DNA of 64,000 nucleotides from Macrostomum lignano (Eukaryota). Positions within the stretch are counted from its first letter, which is position 1. The number at the start of each line of letters is the position of its first letter. The position numbers and the translations under genes were made by a program. The notes under the pieces are model-generated. The model did no database searches. It saw nothing but the letters and a program-made list of their open reading frames with translations, and was not told the DNA's origin. The stretch lies in the NCBI GenBank assembly GCA_002269645.1, contig NIVC01003337.1, forward strand, positions 39,463-103,462. The letters run 5' to 3'. Positions 35,608-48,180 of the stretch are shown here, in pieces.

Positions 35608-38600
35608 TTAAAGATGAAATTTTTGAATGAGTGAGTGAGCCTGATTGGGCTTACTCATTCGCTTAGAGGCAGTGGAGCTTGACTCTAATGAGCTGGGATC
35701 AACTTCAGAAATGAGTCTAAGCCGAAAAGGATCCTTATACTGCACTTTATAGAAAGCATTGGCGATTGCATTGACAAACCTGGACTTTCCCGTTCCAGTC
35801 TCGCCCACGACTAGCATATATTTTGAATGCTCTGTCAAGTTTTCCTTGCTCTCGCCAATATCAAACGACTCTGGGCAGTTACAGTCGCCCTCGGGACAAT
35901 GGCAGCTCTCAGGCAGCTTTAGAAGGCGCTTCTTGAGCTGAAAAATCTCCCCAGGAAAAGTTTTATCACCCTCTTTCTTCAGCGGCTTTGACTCGCACAG
36001 GACCTTACGAGCGTACTCGGAGCAAAGCTTCAGAGGATTAGTCTCGAAGTGAACACTCTTGGATTCCTCCGAGTCGCCAAATGCAGTCATCGTCGAGATC
36101 TTGGCTTTGAACTTTGTGCCTGGTTCGAGGTCGTGAATATCAATGCTCGTTTTGTCAGGTAATTTTGTGAAGACCAAGCACTTCGAGCTCTTGCTCGCCT
36201 GGTAGACTTTTATTCTGTAATGTACTGGGAGACCAAGGTCACACTTCACAGCTGACCACGAAAGCTTTGACGTAGTAGATTTGATCTCTTCGCACACAAT
36301 ATTCTTCGGTGCAAGTGGCAGTTCCAGAGGACACCACTGTTGCTCTTTTCTGTACAGCTTGGTGATTTGGATCCGATTACTGTCGCTACGTGTAGACTCG
36401 CTTACCAGAGCAACAGCCACCTGCGAACCAAGGATGCATTCGTTTCTTTTGGCAACTTCGATTAGCTCATTCGCGAGTTTGTTTAACGTGTCATGATCTT
36501 CCGAGTCAATCCAGGTGTCGGCGCTTCGTTCCACAAAAAATGTATGAGTCACTTTATTCAGAAAAAGCCTCAAGTCCTTTAGGTAGGGAGATGCATCTGG
36601 AAAGGTCAGCTGAGCCAGTAACTTTTGATTGGCTGAACTTTCAAACTGCTGTTTGTCTATTGAATCCTTGATGAGCTTGATGCCCACTGAACTCAGTTGA
36701 GCTGCCAACGCCTGCAGAGCGATGCACTCCCTCTCTCGATTCGAAATCCAGCCAAGAAGTTGAGCGGGTCCGAACGGAGAATTGTCCCGGAAATTGGTCA
36801 ACAGCTTGGCGATTTTGTCGCATCCTTTCTTGTGCTCTCGAGCACCTGGCAGAGTCTTCAGCAGCTTTTCCGTGTATCTGGTCTTCATCTTCTCAACTTG
36901 GTTTACAAACTCTGAAAGCTCTGCGCGCTGCGTCTGCCAAGGACTCGATGCCAGCACTCGTTGCTGTGTTTCGGCCGCGCTGATGACATCATTGAGCTTC
37001 TGAAGATAGTCGCCAGCTTCGTTCAGCTGCTCATCCGTGATCTTCCGCTTCAGCATAACTACTTTGCCTCCAAGCGTGCTCAGGGGTGTCAAGTATGCCA
37101 CCAGTGGAGTCTTGGCTCTGTCGCTTGAGAACCTGCTCACACAGCCGAACGCCTCTCGCAAGGTCGTCGGTGGAGATTCAACATCGAAGTCACCGAAGTA
37201 GCGGCACTTCACCCTGTCATACACGCTGTCGTCAAAGTCGCTGCTGTACTTGGGCGGCGCGTCGGACTCACTGAAGGCGGCTTTCAGAGCGGACACCATC
37301 GACTCGAGACTCTCTTCCGACGCTGAGGCCTCGCCAAGCAGCTCTCTCTCCTTTTCGAACACGAGAAAGGCATTGGCTCCGAACTTGATGCCCGTCACCA
37401 CATGGGTCGCCGGGGTGTCCGCCAGCTGTTGTGGAAACTCGACGCCTCCACTTGGCTCCAAGTGCAGCTCGTCGAACCTTGTGACAATCCGGTAGGCCAG
37501 AGTGACTTCCTCGGAGTTGAGACTGGTCTTTGAGTCGTTCAGGTACCGACCAGAGCCTTCGACCTCGGTGTTGCCACACAGGAAGCCGAGCTTTAGATCC
37601 GGACTGAGTTTGAGCAGCTTCGCCTTGTCCGAAAATGTGCACTCTTTTTCGATGCTTATAGTTGGAGTTGGACTCACTTCCACTTGACTTTTGGTTATGT
37701 TGAGCTTTGCGGCTTGCGACCACAGCTTGGTCCCGGTGATGAAGCGGTCGTTTCGCGCATCGTACAGCGTGCCGAGAGCAACGGGTCGGCCCAGACAGGC
37801 CGTGCGGAGGTCCTTGTCATGAGTAGCTTCGCTACTATCTAAAATAACGAAATTGTAAGTAGTTCTACATGCAGTGTCAATAGTGCACTTATTAAGATGT
37901 CTCCACTTCTGCACCCAGCAACAGCATGTATAGCAAGGTTGAATGCAGCTAATATTTAGCTCAATGCACCTATTACGTCATCTATAAAGCATCCACCACC
38001 TGGCTGGCTACATTGCTGTGAGTTAGGCATATTTCTTTGACCATAACTTTTATAGTTGCTTCGCTGTTTTCAAAGTGTTCGGCAGCCGATCGTACTACTG
38101 CTGACAGACTCATCGAACCTAGGTTTTGCCACCTGTTTTAATTGTAAATTGGGAGTCACTACCGAATAATTGAAAGTGTGTTTGAAAAACTGATGACTGG
38201 AGTATTTTGAGGCCAATTTAATTAGATCCAGACAGATAGTCGCTGTGTTTATTTGCGATAGATTCACAAGAGGCAGCTTATGGATGATTAAATTGACAGG
38301 ATGTCAGAGTAAGCTGAAATACCGATTGCTAATTCCATGTGAAATTAGTCCTTCTTTCATACTACTCAATAGTATGAAACGTTCAGAATCAGAGAAATAC
38401 TTAATTAGCCTAAATTAGCCTACAAAACTTACCAGTAAACGCGTTGAATCGCGTACTATTAGAATCTGCAGTTTTATCAGGCAAGCCCTGCTCCCAAACA
38501 AACATGCTTAAACATACGAGTAGAAAATTAACACCCAATAACAGTGATTAACTAATCTCGATATGATTTTCAGTGAGACTGATACTATAACCCCACACGG

Positions 38601-38957
38601 TCATGAGCTCACTGGACTACTTTTTACGCAACAAACAAGCTGAGAAGTGTCCGGATCGATACGAGCTACAAAAGTGAGTGCCTAAATGGCAGAAGCTTAC
38701 TCAGTGCAAGTCTGCAAGTCGGCTTAATGAGCCAATTTTTAGTTTCTGCCCTACTTGATGCTTCTTTTCTGCAGCAAGAATGTTGCATAAAAAGCTTTCT
38801 TCACTGAACACCGAAAGATGCATGTAAGTTAGCCACTCGTTTTGAGGGCTGCGGAGTGTGCAAGCGACTGCGTATTAACATCAGGCTGCTCACCAGTCGA
38901 TCGACCTCTGTTGAACTTCTCCTTCAGGCTCATCTTGACGGATGTAACCTTCTTCAT
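35608..38957 (-). CDS. Stonustoxin/neoverrucotoxin-like MACPF + FN3 protein, truncated after the GTPase P-loop (copy A, ~775 aa)
   Basis: Exons 38957-38894 (MKKVTSVKMSLKEKFNRGRST, donor gtgagc), a predicted 33-nt microexon 38465-38433, and 37838-35608, all phase 1. SNTX motifs LGRPVALGTLYDAR, ATHVVTGIKFGANAFLVFE, CRYFGDF; FN3 (WSAV..YRI..LEPGTKFKAKIS); GETGTGKS. Homology to copy B stops at NQAHS, followed by a stop. Confidence 0.85.
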
Positions 38958-39214
38958 TGTCGCTCGCACCTGAGGTCAGGAAAGTACACTCGCTGATAAA
39001 GTTTCAGTTCTACTTGTACTTGTACAGAAGTAGCTACTTCTATTGGTGTCCAGGGCTCTTGAAAAATTTGCGCTCTGAATTTTAATGAGCGAGTTATGAG
39101 GTAGATTCCAATCTTATTTCATGCAGAAAAGTCTACAGGGAATGTTGCTCAAATCTAAGACAAGCAAAAAGAAAATGATAGCATAAAGTAATAAGTAACA
39201 CTAGCAAAGAACAG

Positions 39215-40806
39215 GAACACCCAGCCATGGACAGGAACACCCAGTCATGGACAGGAACACTCAGCCATGGACAGGAACACTCAGCCATGGACAGGAATAC
39301 CCAGCCATGTACAGGAACACTCAGCCATGAACAGGAACACTCAGCCATGGACAGGAATACCCAGCCATGTACAGGAACACTCAGCCATGGACAGGAATAC
39401 CCAGCCATGGACAGGAACACTCAGCCATGAACAGGAATACCCAGCCATGGACAGGAACACTCAGCCATGGACAGGAATACCCAGCCATGGACAGGAACAC
39501 TCAGCCATGGACAGGAACACCCAGCCATGGACAGGAACACTCAGCCATGGACAGGAATACCCAGCCATGGACAGGAACACCCAGTCATGAACAGGAACAA
39601 CCAGCCATGGACAGGAACACCCAGCCATGAACAGGAATACCCAGCCATGGACAGGAATACCCAGCCATGGACAGGAATACCCAGCCATGGACAGGAACAC
39701 CCAGTCATGAACAGGAACAACCAGCCATGGACAGGAACAACCAGCCATGGACAGGAATACCCAGCCATGGACAGGAACACCCAGTGATGAACAGGAACAA
39801 CCAGCCATGGACAGGAATACCCAGCCATGAACAGGAATACCCAGCCATGGACAGGAATACCCAGCCATGGACAGGAACACCCAGCCATGGACAGGAACAC
39901 CCAGTCATGAACAGGAACACTCAGCCATGGACAGGAATACCCAGCCATGGACAGGAACACCCAGTCATGAACAGGAACAACCAGCCATGGACAGGAACAC
40001 CCAGCCATGAACAGGAATACCCAGCCATGGACAGGAATACCCAGCCATGGACAGGAATACCCAGCCATGTACAGGAACACCCAGTCATGAACAGGAACAA
40101 CCAGCCATGGACAGGAACAACCAGCCATGGACAGGAATACCCAGCCATGGACAGGAACACCCAGTCATGAACAGGAACAACCAGCCATGGACAGGAACAT
40201 CCAGCTATGGATAAGAACACCCAGTCATGGACAGGAACACCCAGTCATGGACAGGAATACCCAGCCATGGACAGGAACACCCAGCCATGGACAGGAACAC
40301 TCAGCCATGGACAGGAATACCCAGCCATGGACAGGAACACCCAGTGATGAACAGGAACAACCAGCCATGGACAGGAATACCCAGCCATGAACAGGAATAC
40401 CCAGCCATGGACAGGAATACCCAGCCATGGACAGGAATACCCAGCCATGGACAGGAACACCCAGTCATGAACAGGAACAACCAGCCATGGACAGGAACAA
40501 CCAGCCATGGACAGGAATACCCAGCCATGGACAGGAACACCCAGTCATGAACAGGAACAACCAGCCATGGACAGGAACATCCAGCTATGGATAAGAACAC
40601 CCAGTCATGGACAGGAATACCCAGTCAGGGACAGGAACACCCAGTCATGGACAGGAACACCCAGTCATGGACAGGAATACCCAGCCATGGACAGGAACAC
40701 CCAGCCATGGACAGGAACACCCAGATATGGACAGGAATACCCAGCCATAGACAGTAACACCCAGCCATGGACAGGAACACCCAGCCATAGACAGTAACAT
40801 CCAGCC
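39215..40806. repeat. 20-bp satellite array A (CCCAGCCATGGACAGGAACA/TA)n, continuing at 46710-46745 beyond the LINE
   Basis: About 80 tandem units, with a 380-bp higher-order duplication (marker aacatccagctatggataag at ~40196 and ~40576). Confidence 0.97.
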
Positions 40807-41049
40807 GCACGCGAAGGCGTATTCAGCATGCCAGTGAAGTATGAGACAGACTAGGCCCATGGGCTAAGGTCTGCGATGCTTCACGCCTGCCCCTATCTTC
40901 AGCAGGTCAAGGCTGGTGGGAGGTCTGCACCCTCTATTTGCCTCTGGCAGCCGCAGACCCCCCCCCACGCTGTCTCGCAAGTCGACCCAGGGTACTCGTC
41001 CCCGCGTGTGTTCAAGACAGTCCCTAGGGCTGCTGGACAGACTGGGCTC
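40807..41049 (+). ncRNA. HDV-like self-cleaving ribozyme at the LINE 5' end
   Basis: P1 GCACGCG 40807-13 / CGCGTGT 41003-09 (G.U first pair). P2 GACCCA 40984-89 / TGGG(C)TC 41043-49. P3 GGG/CCC around L3 TACTCGT. P1.1 AC:GT (41010-11). P4 41012-41037. J4/2 CAGAC fits C-N-R-A-N. J1/2 is 170 nt and structured. Folded by eye. Confidence 0.82.
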
Positions 41050-41267
41050 CGGCGCTGGCGACCCTATCCAGTGGCTTCGGCCGAATTTGGGTATGCGGGT
41101 CTGGCTCGCCAACCTGCAGGCCGTGGTACTGCTCAACGTACTCTCTAATGCCTAAGGTGTTGACCGTGCCGATGGGCTGGAAGGCCGGGGAGTAGTCCGG
41201 TCGCAAGCGGTCCCCCTCCTGGTGTCGGGCCAGCCTTGAGGGTGCTATTGGCCTACTGCCCGGTCAG

Positions 41268-42830
41268 GTGGAGCGGCCGGGTGGGTACCGCGCCCCTTTG
41301 AGGGTAGCCCACCAACCTTTTATCATGGCCTTCGAGCCGACTATGGATAAACAAGCTATTTCTAGGGACGGGGACCCTTCTAAACCCCAACCTCAGTCCG
41401 AAGGACCGGCCGGTCCTGCTGGCAGATCCCAACCGACTGATTCAACTGTGGCAAAGGAAGGACCGGCTGGCTCTGCTGGCAGATCCGACCAGAGCTACCA
41501 AACTCAAAATACCCTAAGACCTGCCAGCTCCGCTGGTGGATCTAAGGGAACCGCGAGCTCTGAGCCTAAAGGACCGGCCAAATCTGGCAGATCCGATGAA
41601 GCTCAGCGGGCTCGGCTTGAGCGCAAACGCGCTAAACAACGCGCCAAAAGGCAGGCCAAGAAGGGAGCTGCGGGGGCCAAAGCGGCGGCGTCCACCATGG
41701 ATGCTGAAGCGACTGGAGTCCCAAGGCAACCAGGCGGGCCGGCCGGTGGAAGCTCCAGTAGTTCAGCGGCGGCGCTCCCTGGAGCTGCTGCCGCGGCTGC
41801 TGAGGCCGAAACCACGGCGCAACAAATGGCCACTGCCAACAAGGAGGTTCCTTCGGGAGCTACCTTTGCGGCGAAGGCCAAGGCCAAAATCCCGGGAGTG
41901 ATCATCCAAGGTCGCGACCAGGACTGGACCACTGATCAGCTTCAAAAAGTGTGGAGTGCTGTTGACTCCTATCTGATTGAGCTGACTGTCGAGGAGGGAA
42001 TCTCCATCGGCGTTGAGCGGATGGTGCTGCGAAGCACATTCGTTCTTATTGCTCCTAGCAGCGAGGAGGACGCTCGGCGGCTGCTCCAGCGGCTACCGAC
42101 GGTCTCCTTGGATGCTGACCTTGGCGGAGCTCTTTTTCTTCGTGAGGGCCAGCGTCCAAAGACGATACCCTATGTGGTTTTCGTCCCTGCTAAGAGCACC
42201 GCAGCTGGACCAGACGTTATTCGCCGGGTCCTACTGCGTCTGAACCCCGACCTCCCTGCTAGTGGACTGGTGTATCACCGTAAAGTCCGCAGGGGGGAGA
42301 CGGGCAACTCAATTGTCCTCGGCCTTTCCAGCACTTGGGCGAGTCGGTACCCTAATGGATCCTCTTTCCAGCTGGGTGCCCTCAAGCTCAAGTTGCACCG
42401 AGGAAAGTCGGCCAAAGGGAAGGCTACTGCCAACCCCGGCATCTCCGGCAAGAGCGGGGCGCAGTCTAAGGCCCAAGGAAAGGCGCAAGCCGATCCCAAA
42501 GCCAAAGCTGCATCTCGCCCCTCTGCTAGCAGCAGTTCGGCGACCGCGGTAACGGCTCCGGCCAAGCCCCGGGAACCAAACCTGCCAGTCGGAGAAGGAG
42601 TTGAGGACGAGGCCGGGTCTTCGGAATCCGAGCTCTCCTCGGCCACCTTGGTGGGGTCTGAAGGTAAAGATGCAGGTGAGGAAGCTTCCTCCATCCTGTC
42701 ATCGGAGCCTGAGGACTCTGCTGGGGGGGCCGGTGGGGGTGAGGAGGCCATGGACGTCGACCAACTCCCATCTCCCAGTCAAGCCCCAGCGGCCTGGGAT
42801 GAGGACGATCTGTTGTCCAAGTCTCCTTGA
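41268..42830 (+). CDS. LINE ORF1 (gag-like nucleic-acid-binding protein); first ATG at 41325
   Basis: 520-aa ORF upstream of ORF2, with low-complexity basic/Ala-rich termini around a central globular domain. Position and composition are typical of ORF1. Confidence 0.8.
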   Translation: MERPGGYRAPLRVAHQPFIMAFEPTMDKQAISRDGDPSKPQPQSEGPAGPAGRSQPTDSTVAKEGPAGSAGRSDQSYQTQNTLRPASSAGGSKGTASSEPKGPAKSGRSDEAQRARLERKRAKQRAKRQAKKGAAGAKAAASTMDAEATGVPRQPGGPAGGSSSSSAAALPGAAAAAAEAETTAQQMATANKEVPSGATFAAKAKAKIPGVIIQGRDQDWTTDQLQKVWSAVDSYLIELTVEEGISIGVERMVLRSTFVLIAPSSEEDARRLLQRLPTVSLDADLGGALFLREGQRPKTIPYVVFVPAKSTAAGPDVIRRVLLRLNPDLPASGLVYHRKVRRGETGNSIVLGLSSTWASRYPNGSSFQLGALKLKLHRGKSAKGKATANPGISGKSGAQSKAQGKAQADPKAKAASRPSASSSSATAVTAPAKPREPNLPVGEGVEDEAGSSESELSSATLVGSEGKDAGEEASSILSSEPEDSAGGAGGGEEAMDVDQLPSPSQAPAAWDEDDLLSKSP

Positions 42831-42869
42831 TGGCCCTGGGCTCTAGCCAGATATTGCATTTAATACAGT

Positions 42870-45800
42870 ATGACTAAGCTCCACGCTGCCAAAGGAGCGA
42901 CATTCTGTCTGCAAATAAATTTACAGCATTGCGTATCTGCGTCAGTTAATCTGATGAAGATTGCTGAGCTGTACAGGCCAGGCCTCATCCTGATCCAGGA
43001 ACCCTGGATGCGCAACGGTAAGTTGCCCAACATTCCCTCTGGCTACTCTGATTTTTATGTGTGTGGCCCGGGGAACAGCCGCCCTAGAGCGGCTATCCTC
43101 GCTGCTAGCCATCTCCAGGCTTGGCTGAGGACTGATCTCTCTGATGGAGACCTTTGCGTCATCCAATCTAATCATTTCTCTCCGCGTACGTGTCTTGTTG
43201 CCTCGGTTTATATCCCAGGCGACAGAGACCCTGCTCCCGAGAGTTTACTGCGCCTTGCGCAGTACTGCGAGTCCCAGAACGCTGAGCTGTGCTTAGGGGG
43301 CGACCTCAACGCGCACCACAAGCACTGGGGCAGCAAAGATACCAACACTAGAGGAGAGGAGCTTCTGGCCCTCATCTCTAACACAAACCTCATGCTCTGC
43401 AACCGCGGCAGCACTCCTACCTTTAATAATGGCAGATGGACCGAGGTCCTCGACGCCACACTCGTTACCCCAAGACTCTTTGACAGAGTCAAGGAGTGGA
43501 GAGTCTGGTCTGAGGAGCCCTCCCTGTCTGACCACTGCTTTATCGCCTTTAATATCGCGGACACTAAAACCCAGTCTCCGATCACTTGGAGACGCAATAT
43601 CCGCAACACTGATTGGGCGGCCTACAAGGCTGCCCTTGATCTGCACCTGCAGGAACTCACGGACTTACGTCCGATTGAGACCTGCGAGGATGTGGATCAT
43701 ATGGCTGAGACGCTGACAGGTTGCATTATTGCAGCCTACGAAGCGGCTTGTCCTGCTCGCGCCTACAGAGGCAAGACCTCGGCGCCGTGGTGGAACCCGG
43801 AGCTGGGGAAACTCAGGCGGAAGGCCAAAAGCCTTCATCGCCGTGCCATGAAGACCGGAAACCCGGAGGACATGGAGCTTTTCCGGCAAGCCTCCCGCAA
43901 TTTCAAATCTGAAGTGCGCAAGGCCAAGGAATGTAAGTGGCGCCAATTCTGCAATGAATTGGATCAAGACAGACCTACTTCTAGGCTTGTCAAGGCCCTT
44001 ACAATGGACAAAATGTCCAAATTAGCCATGATCAAAAAAGATGATGGCTCTCTTACTAAAGACCCTGAAGAAGTGCTTCAGCATATGCTTAGCACATTCT
44101 TCCCGAGGGTACCTACTGCTAGACCGGAGCCCAACCATTCGATGGATGGAGCCACCCTAGCGGCGGGCATTGTCACTGAAGACCTAATCGCTCGTGCGGT
44201 CAGAACCTTCAAACCCTTCAAATCTCCTGGACCTGATGGTATCTACCCTGTTCTCCTTCGTGAAGCAGCCAAGATACCCTCGTTCCTGAGACTCACCCGC
44301 AATCTTATGCGGGCCTCTATCCAGCTGGGATACGTTCCCAAAAGCTGGACTGAAGCTCGAGTAGTCTTTATTCCCAAACCTGGGAAGGGTGACTACCAAA
44401 GCGTCAAGGCCTTCCGGCCAATTAGCTTAACGTCAGCAATGCTTAAGCTCACTGAGAGGCTTATTCTCTGGCGGCTGCTCTCCTGCGAGCTGACAGCGAT
44501 GCCCCTCAGCAATAATCAGCACGCCTTCCGTACCGGGAGGTCGACTGACAGCGCCCTGCATGCGATTGTCGAAAAGATTGAACGGGCGGTACTGGGTGAC
44601 GGTTACGCCCTGGCTCTCTTTCTTGACATTGTTGGCGCCTTCGACAACGTTATCTTTGAAGCGTTTCAGAGGGCCCTTCAAAATCGCAAAGCTCATGCTA
44701 CCCTCATACGGTGGATCATGTACATGATCTCCAACCGTACGGTCACTGCCCAACTTCTTGGGCAAACTGCCTCCACCAGAGTCTGTAAGGGTGGACCCAA
44801 GGCGGAGTCCTCACCCCGACGCTCTGGAACCTGGTCATGGACGCTCTTCTGAGTGACTCCCGACCTGACCCCGTCTTCAAAGTCGGGTATGCTGATGACG
44901 TCACGGCCATTGTGGCAGGACCGTCTCCCAGCACGCTCAGGGATCTGATGCAGAGCTTTATCCGCAAAGCAGAATCCTGGGCCAATGACAATGGTTTGGA
45001 ACTCTCTGAGCCCAAAACCGTTGCCATTATGTTTACCAGCAGACTACGCTGGAACATACGTCCTCTGCAGCTCTACGGCAGAGATATTGCCTTCGCGCAC
45101 CAGACCAGATGTCTCGGGGTCACACTTGACCACCGGCTCAACTGGTCCTTCCACGTGAAAGCAAAAGCTAAGCGTGCCTCAGCCATCCTGGCCCAGCTCC
45201 GACGAGCACTTGGCACTTCTTGGGGTCTATCCCCAAAGCGGCTTTGGTGGATCTATACTTCCGTAGTTAGACCTGCCATTACGTACGCCTCTGTTGTCTG
45301 GGTTAGCGCTACCCAGGTCAAAAGCCATGCAGACCTGCTCAACACGATCCAAGGCAGAGCGTGTAGGCTCATCTGCAACGCCACCAGGTCCACGCCCTTT
45401 GCTGGCATGGGGGCCTTTCTTAATCTTCCGCCTCTTGACCTCTTCATCAGGGGTGAGGCGGCTAGAACGACGCGGCGTCTAATTGATGCCGGCGTCAAAT
45501 TCATTTACATGAGAGCACCTGCTAAGCGGAACCTTGTCCCGCATAGCGATCTGTGCCTCAACTTTCTCAACGAGTGTCAGGCCAATCGCGTCTTCACCGA
45601 TGGCATTGCCTCAACGCTCAACCTGAGACAGCGCTACTCCGTAGCTATCGACTCGCGCGATAACATCAATGACCATTGGAACCCTGGTGAGCTTCATTGC
45701 TACACCGACGGTTCTAAGCAGTCAGCCAACACCGGCTTTGGTGTTGGAATCTTTCTGAACGGGAGGGTCATCGCTACCCACGCTCAATACACTGGGGTCA

Positions 45801-46609
45801 ACTCCAGTGTTTTCCAAAATGAAGTTCTGGCCATCAGCTCCTGCACTGCAGAGCTTCTCGCCACTGGCGTTACTGGTAAGAACATCATTTTCCATTCGGA
45901 CAGCCAAGCTGCCTTGCACGCCATCAGTGGCTGCAGCACCAACTCTGCTACAGTCCTTGACTGTATCAAACTCCTCAATGTGTTGGGTTCCGCCAACAAA
46001 ATTACCCTTAAGTGGGTTCCGGGGCATGTGGGGATCCGAGGAAATGAGTTGGCTGACACCCTTGCAAAAGTTGGTGCCTCCGGCTCCTCTCTCGGCCCCG
46101 AACCTCTTGTCCCGATTCCTGGCTGTGTCATCGACTCGCGCATCAAAGCGTGGATCAGGACTCAGCACCGCTCGACTTGGGCGAACCGCACGAACTGCAG
46201 GCAATCCAGAGGCGCTGTCCCTCAGCCCTCTCACCAGCTCCGGAAGCTCCTCTTGCGCCTCTCGCGCAGAGACATCCGGGCTGCCACCATGACCCTCTCT
46301 GGTCACGGCTGCTTCTCCAGGCACCAGTACCTGCAGGGCAACGCCACCAACGCCACCTGTAGTTTCTGCAACTCAGGTGACGAAACCGCTGAGCATTTCG
46401 TCAGCATCTGTCCCGCCTTCACGCGGGCCAGACTCACTTACCTCGGGCCACACACATCTATTACTGAAGCGTGCAAACCCGAAAACTTTAATCAGCTCAT
46501 GCGCTACCTTCGGGCCACCCGCAGGGCTGAACTCTCCTTTCCAGAGAGCACCATAGCTGCTGGCGACACTGGGGGACCTCCCTGGGCGGCGCCAACCCTC
46601 CGTCCATAG
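42870..46609 (+). CDS. LINE ORF2: AP endonuclease - reverse transcriptase - RNase H - CCHC, with one -1 frameshift at ~44798
   Basis: APE (QINLQH, LIQEPW, GGDLNAHH, SDH); RT (PGPDGI, FRPISLTS, LFLDIVGAFD, YADD); RNase H (YTDGSK, HSDSQAAL, KWVPGHVGIRGNELAD); CSFC..ETAEHF..C. Adding one C in ggacccaagg restores KGGPQGGVLTPTLWNLVMD. Confidence 0.93.
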
Positions 46610-47404
46610 CGACGCGTCGGCCGTTCAGGGACTAGCGGAATGGGCGCCCGCGCCTTCCCGCTGTGTCCCCTCCGGGACAGCCCTGCAGCTAAGTCAAGTA
46701 AGTCAAGTCAACATCCAGCCATGGACAGGAATAGCCCCAGCCATCGAGAAAAACCTTCAACGATAGATGACATTAGCCAAAAGTTGAAAGCCCAGAAGAA
46801 AACTATAGAAAGCTACAGCCAAGGATTAAAATTAAACTTACAGGTAGGAAAAATTGCAGATTTCCTTTTCAAAAGCAGATGAGATCAAAGTGAAACCAAG
46901 CCGAACCAAAGCATTTGCTCCGCAAGCAAGCGCTGTCTGCTAAAAGCTAGACTGTATCTGTCGCTATTGTACAGTCAGTGAAAAAGGAACTTCCGTTAAA
47001 CCCAAACAATCTCCCCAAGCTGCAAATCAGTAAGTGCGTCCGTCTGCACACTCGCATGCGTCCACACGCAAAGTGCACAACCCGACGTACAGTTCCTTGT
47101 AAGTTCCTCGTTCCTTGCTTAATCGTCTGCTACCACCACAGACCAATAAGTATAACTAGACTGCTCATGAGGGGCATGAAATTTGCCTCTTTTCATGTAG
47201 GAAAAATGGCATCCCAGCTCCCACCCCCTCACGATCAATAGTCAGGGCTTCCATTCCCTTCCTACCCTTCAGTCGTTAGGGCCGCTGTATTAATTGTTGC
47301 CTTTTGCCATGGAACATGCATTGCTAACCATTTAACAAACTTTATGTGCAACTAGTAATTTAACAGTTTAATCCAGTATTATTTTACGATTTATTTATTA
47401 AAAA

Positions 47405-48180
47405 CTAAAAAACCGTAAAAAACGCTTGCAGACAAAATGAGACTTTTTTGTTGTTGCTGATAGCTGATAGCCATCTTCTAAGCGAAGCTGGATGTGGAAG
47501 CTGAAAGTACGGTCTCACATACGCATAGGCCTTCGGGCTGTAAAAGTGCAATGTGGAGGCGAATTTCCGCACTTCGTGGGAGAATATTTTTGTCCTCTTA
47601 GTAATCTTGCTTGGCAAAATGTTGCTAAGCAGTGAATCGGGGGTCAAGAAATTCTGCCGAGATGCAGCAGCTTCATTCAAAATACATTTGGCCCTTAACT
47701 CTCGAATCACATCTTTCAGGGTCTTGGCTCTTTGTTTAATTTGACTATATGCTTTGAGCGCAGAGATCGAATTTTACGGTACTTGCTCTGGAGCGACCGC
47801 CTTAAGATTTCAACAGCCTTTGCAATTTTCTTGGACCGGCTATGAGTAGATACATGTAGAAGCCTATATTGTACCTGCGCCGAAGGTTTTTAAGTGCTCT
47901 CACCTTCTTGTTGAATTCTTCTCTGGGCACGCTGCGGCTGCGGTGGCAGTCTTCCGTTTCTTTTCAGCTTTCGGCAGCAGATGGTCAGGGAACGTCGGGA
48001 AGATAGAAGGAACGGCATTTGGATATAGCCGTCTTTTGACGCTAGGCAGAAAGCCTACAAATTGCTCTTTAAAGCAAGATTACTCAAAATGCATTGAGCA
48101 GACTTGCGTGGATGGCGATGGCTCAAAATCTTTTCTTCTCAGCGCTATCAGCACTTTCAAATTCAATGCACTACGCTCGT
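47405..48180 (-). pseudogene. THAP-domain / P-element (THAP9)-like transposase relic
   Basis: The minus frame LIALRRKDFEPSPSTQVCSMHFE*SCF..RLYPNAVPSIF is a THAP signature with an internal stop. Downstream FASTLHFYSPKAYAYVRPYFQLPHPASLRRW is typical of P/THAP9 transposases. Frameshifted and truncated. Confidence 0.8.

Larger units (their letters stand above)
40807..46709 (+). mobile_element. Full-length non-LTR retrotransposon (I group, LOA/R1-like), 5.9 kb, 11-bp TSD
   Basis: TSD AACATCCAGCC at 40796-40806 and 46710-46720. ORF1, ORF2 with APE-RT-RNase H-CCHC, and a 3' tail of AAGTC/AAGT repeats. Confidence 0.95.
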
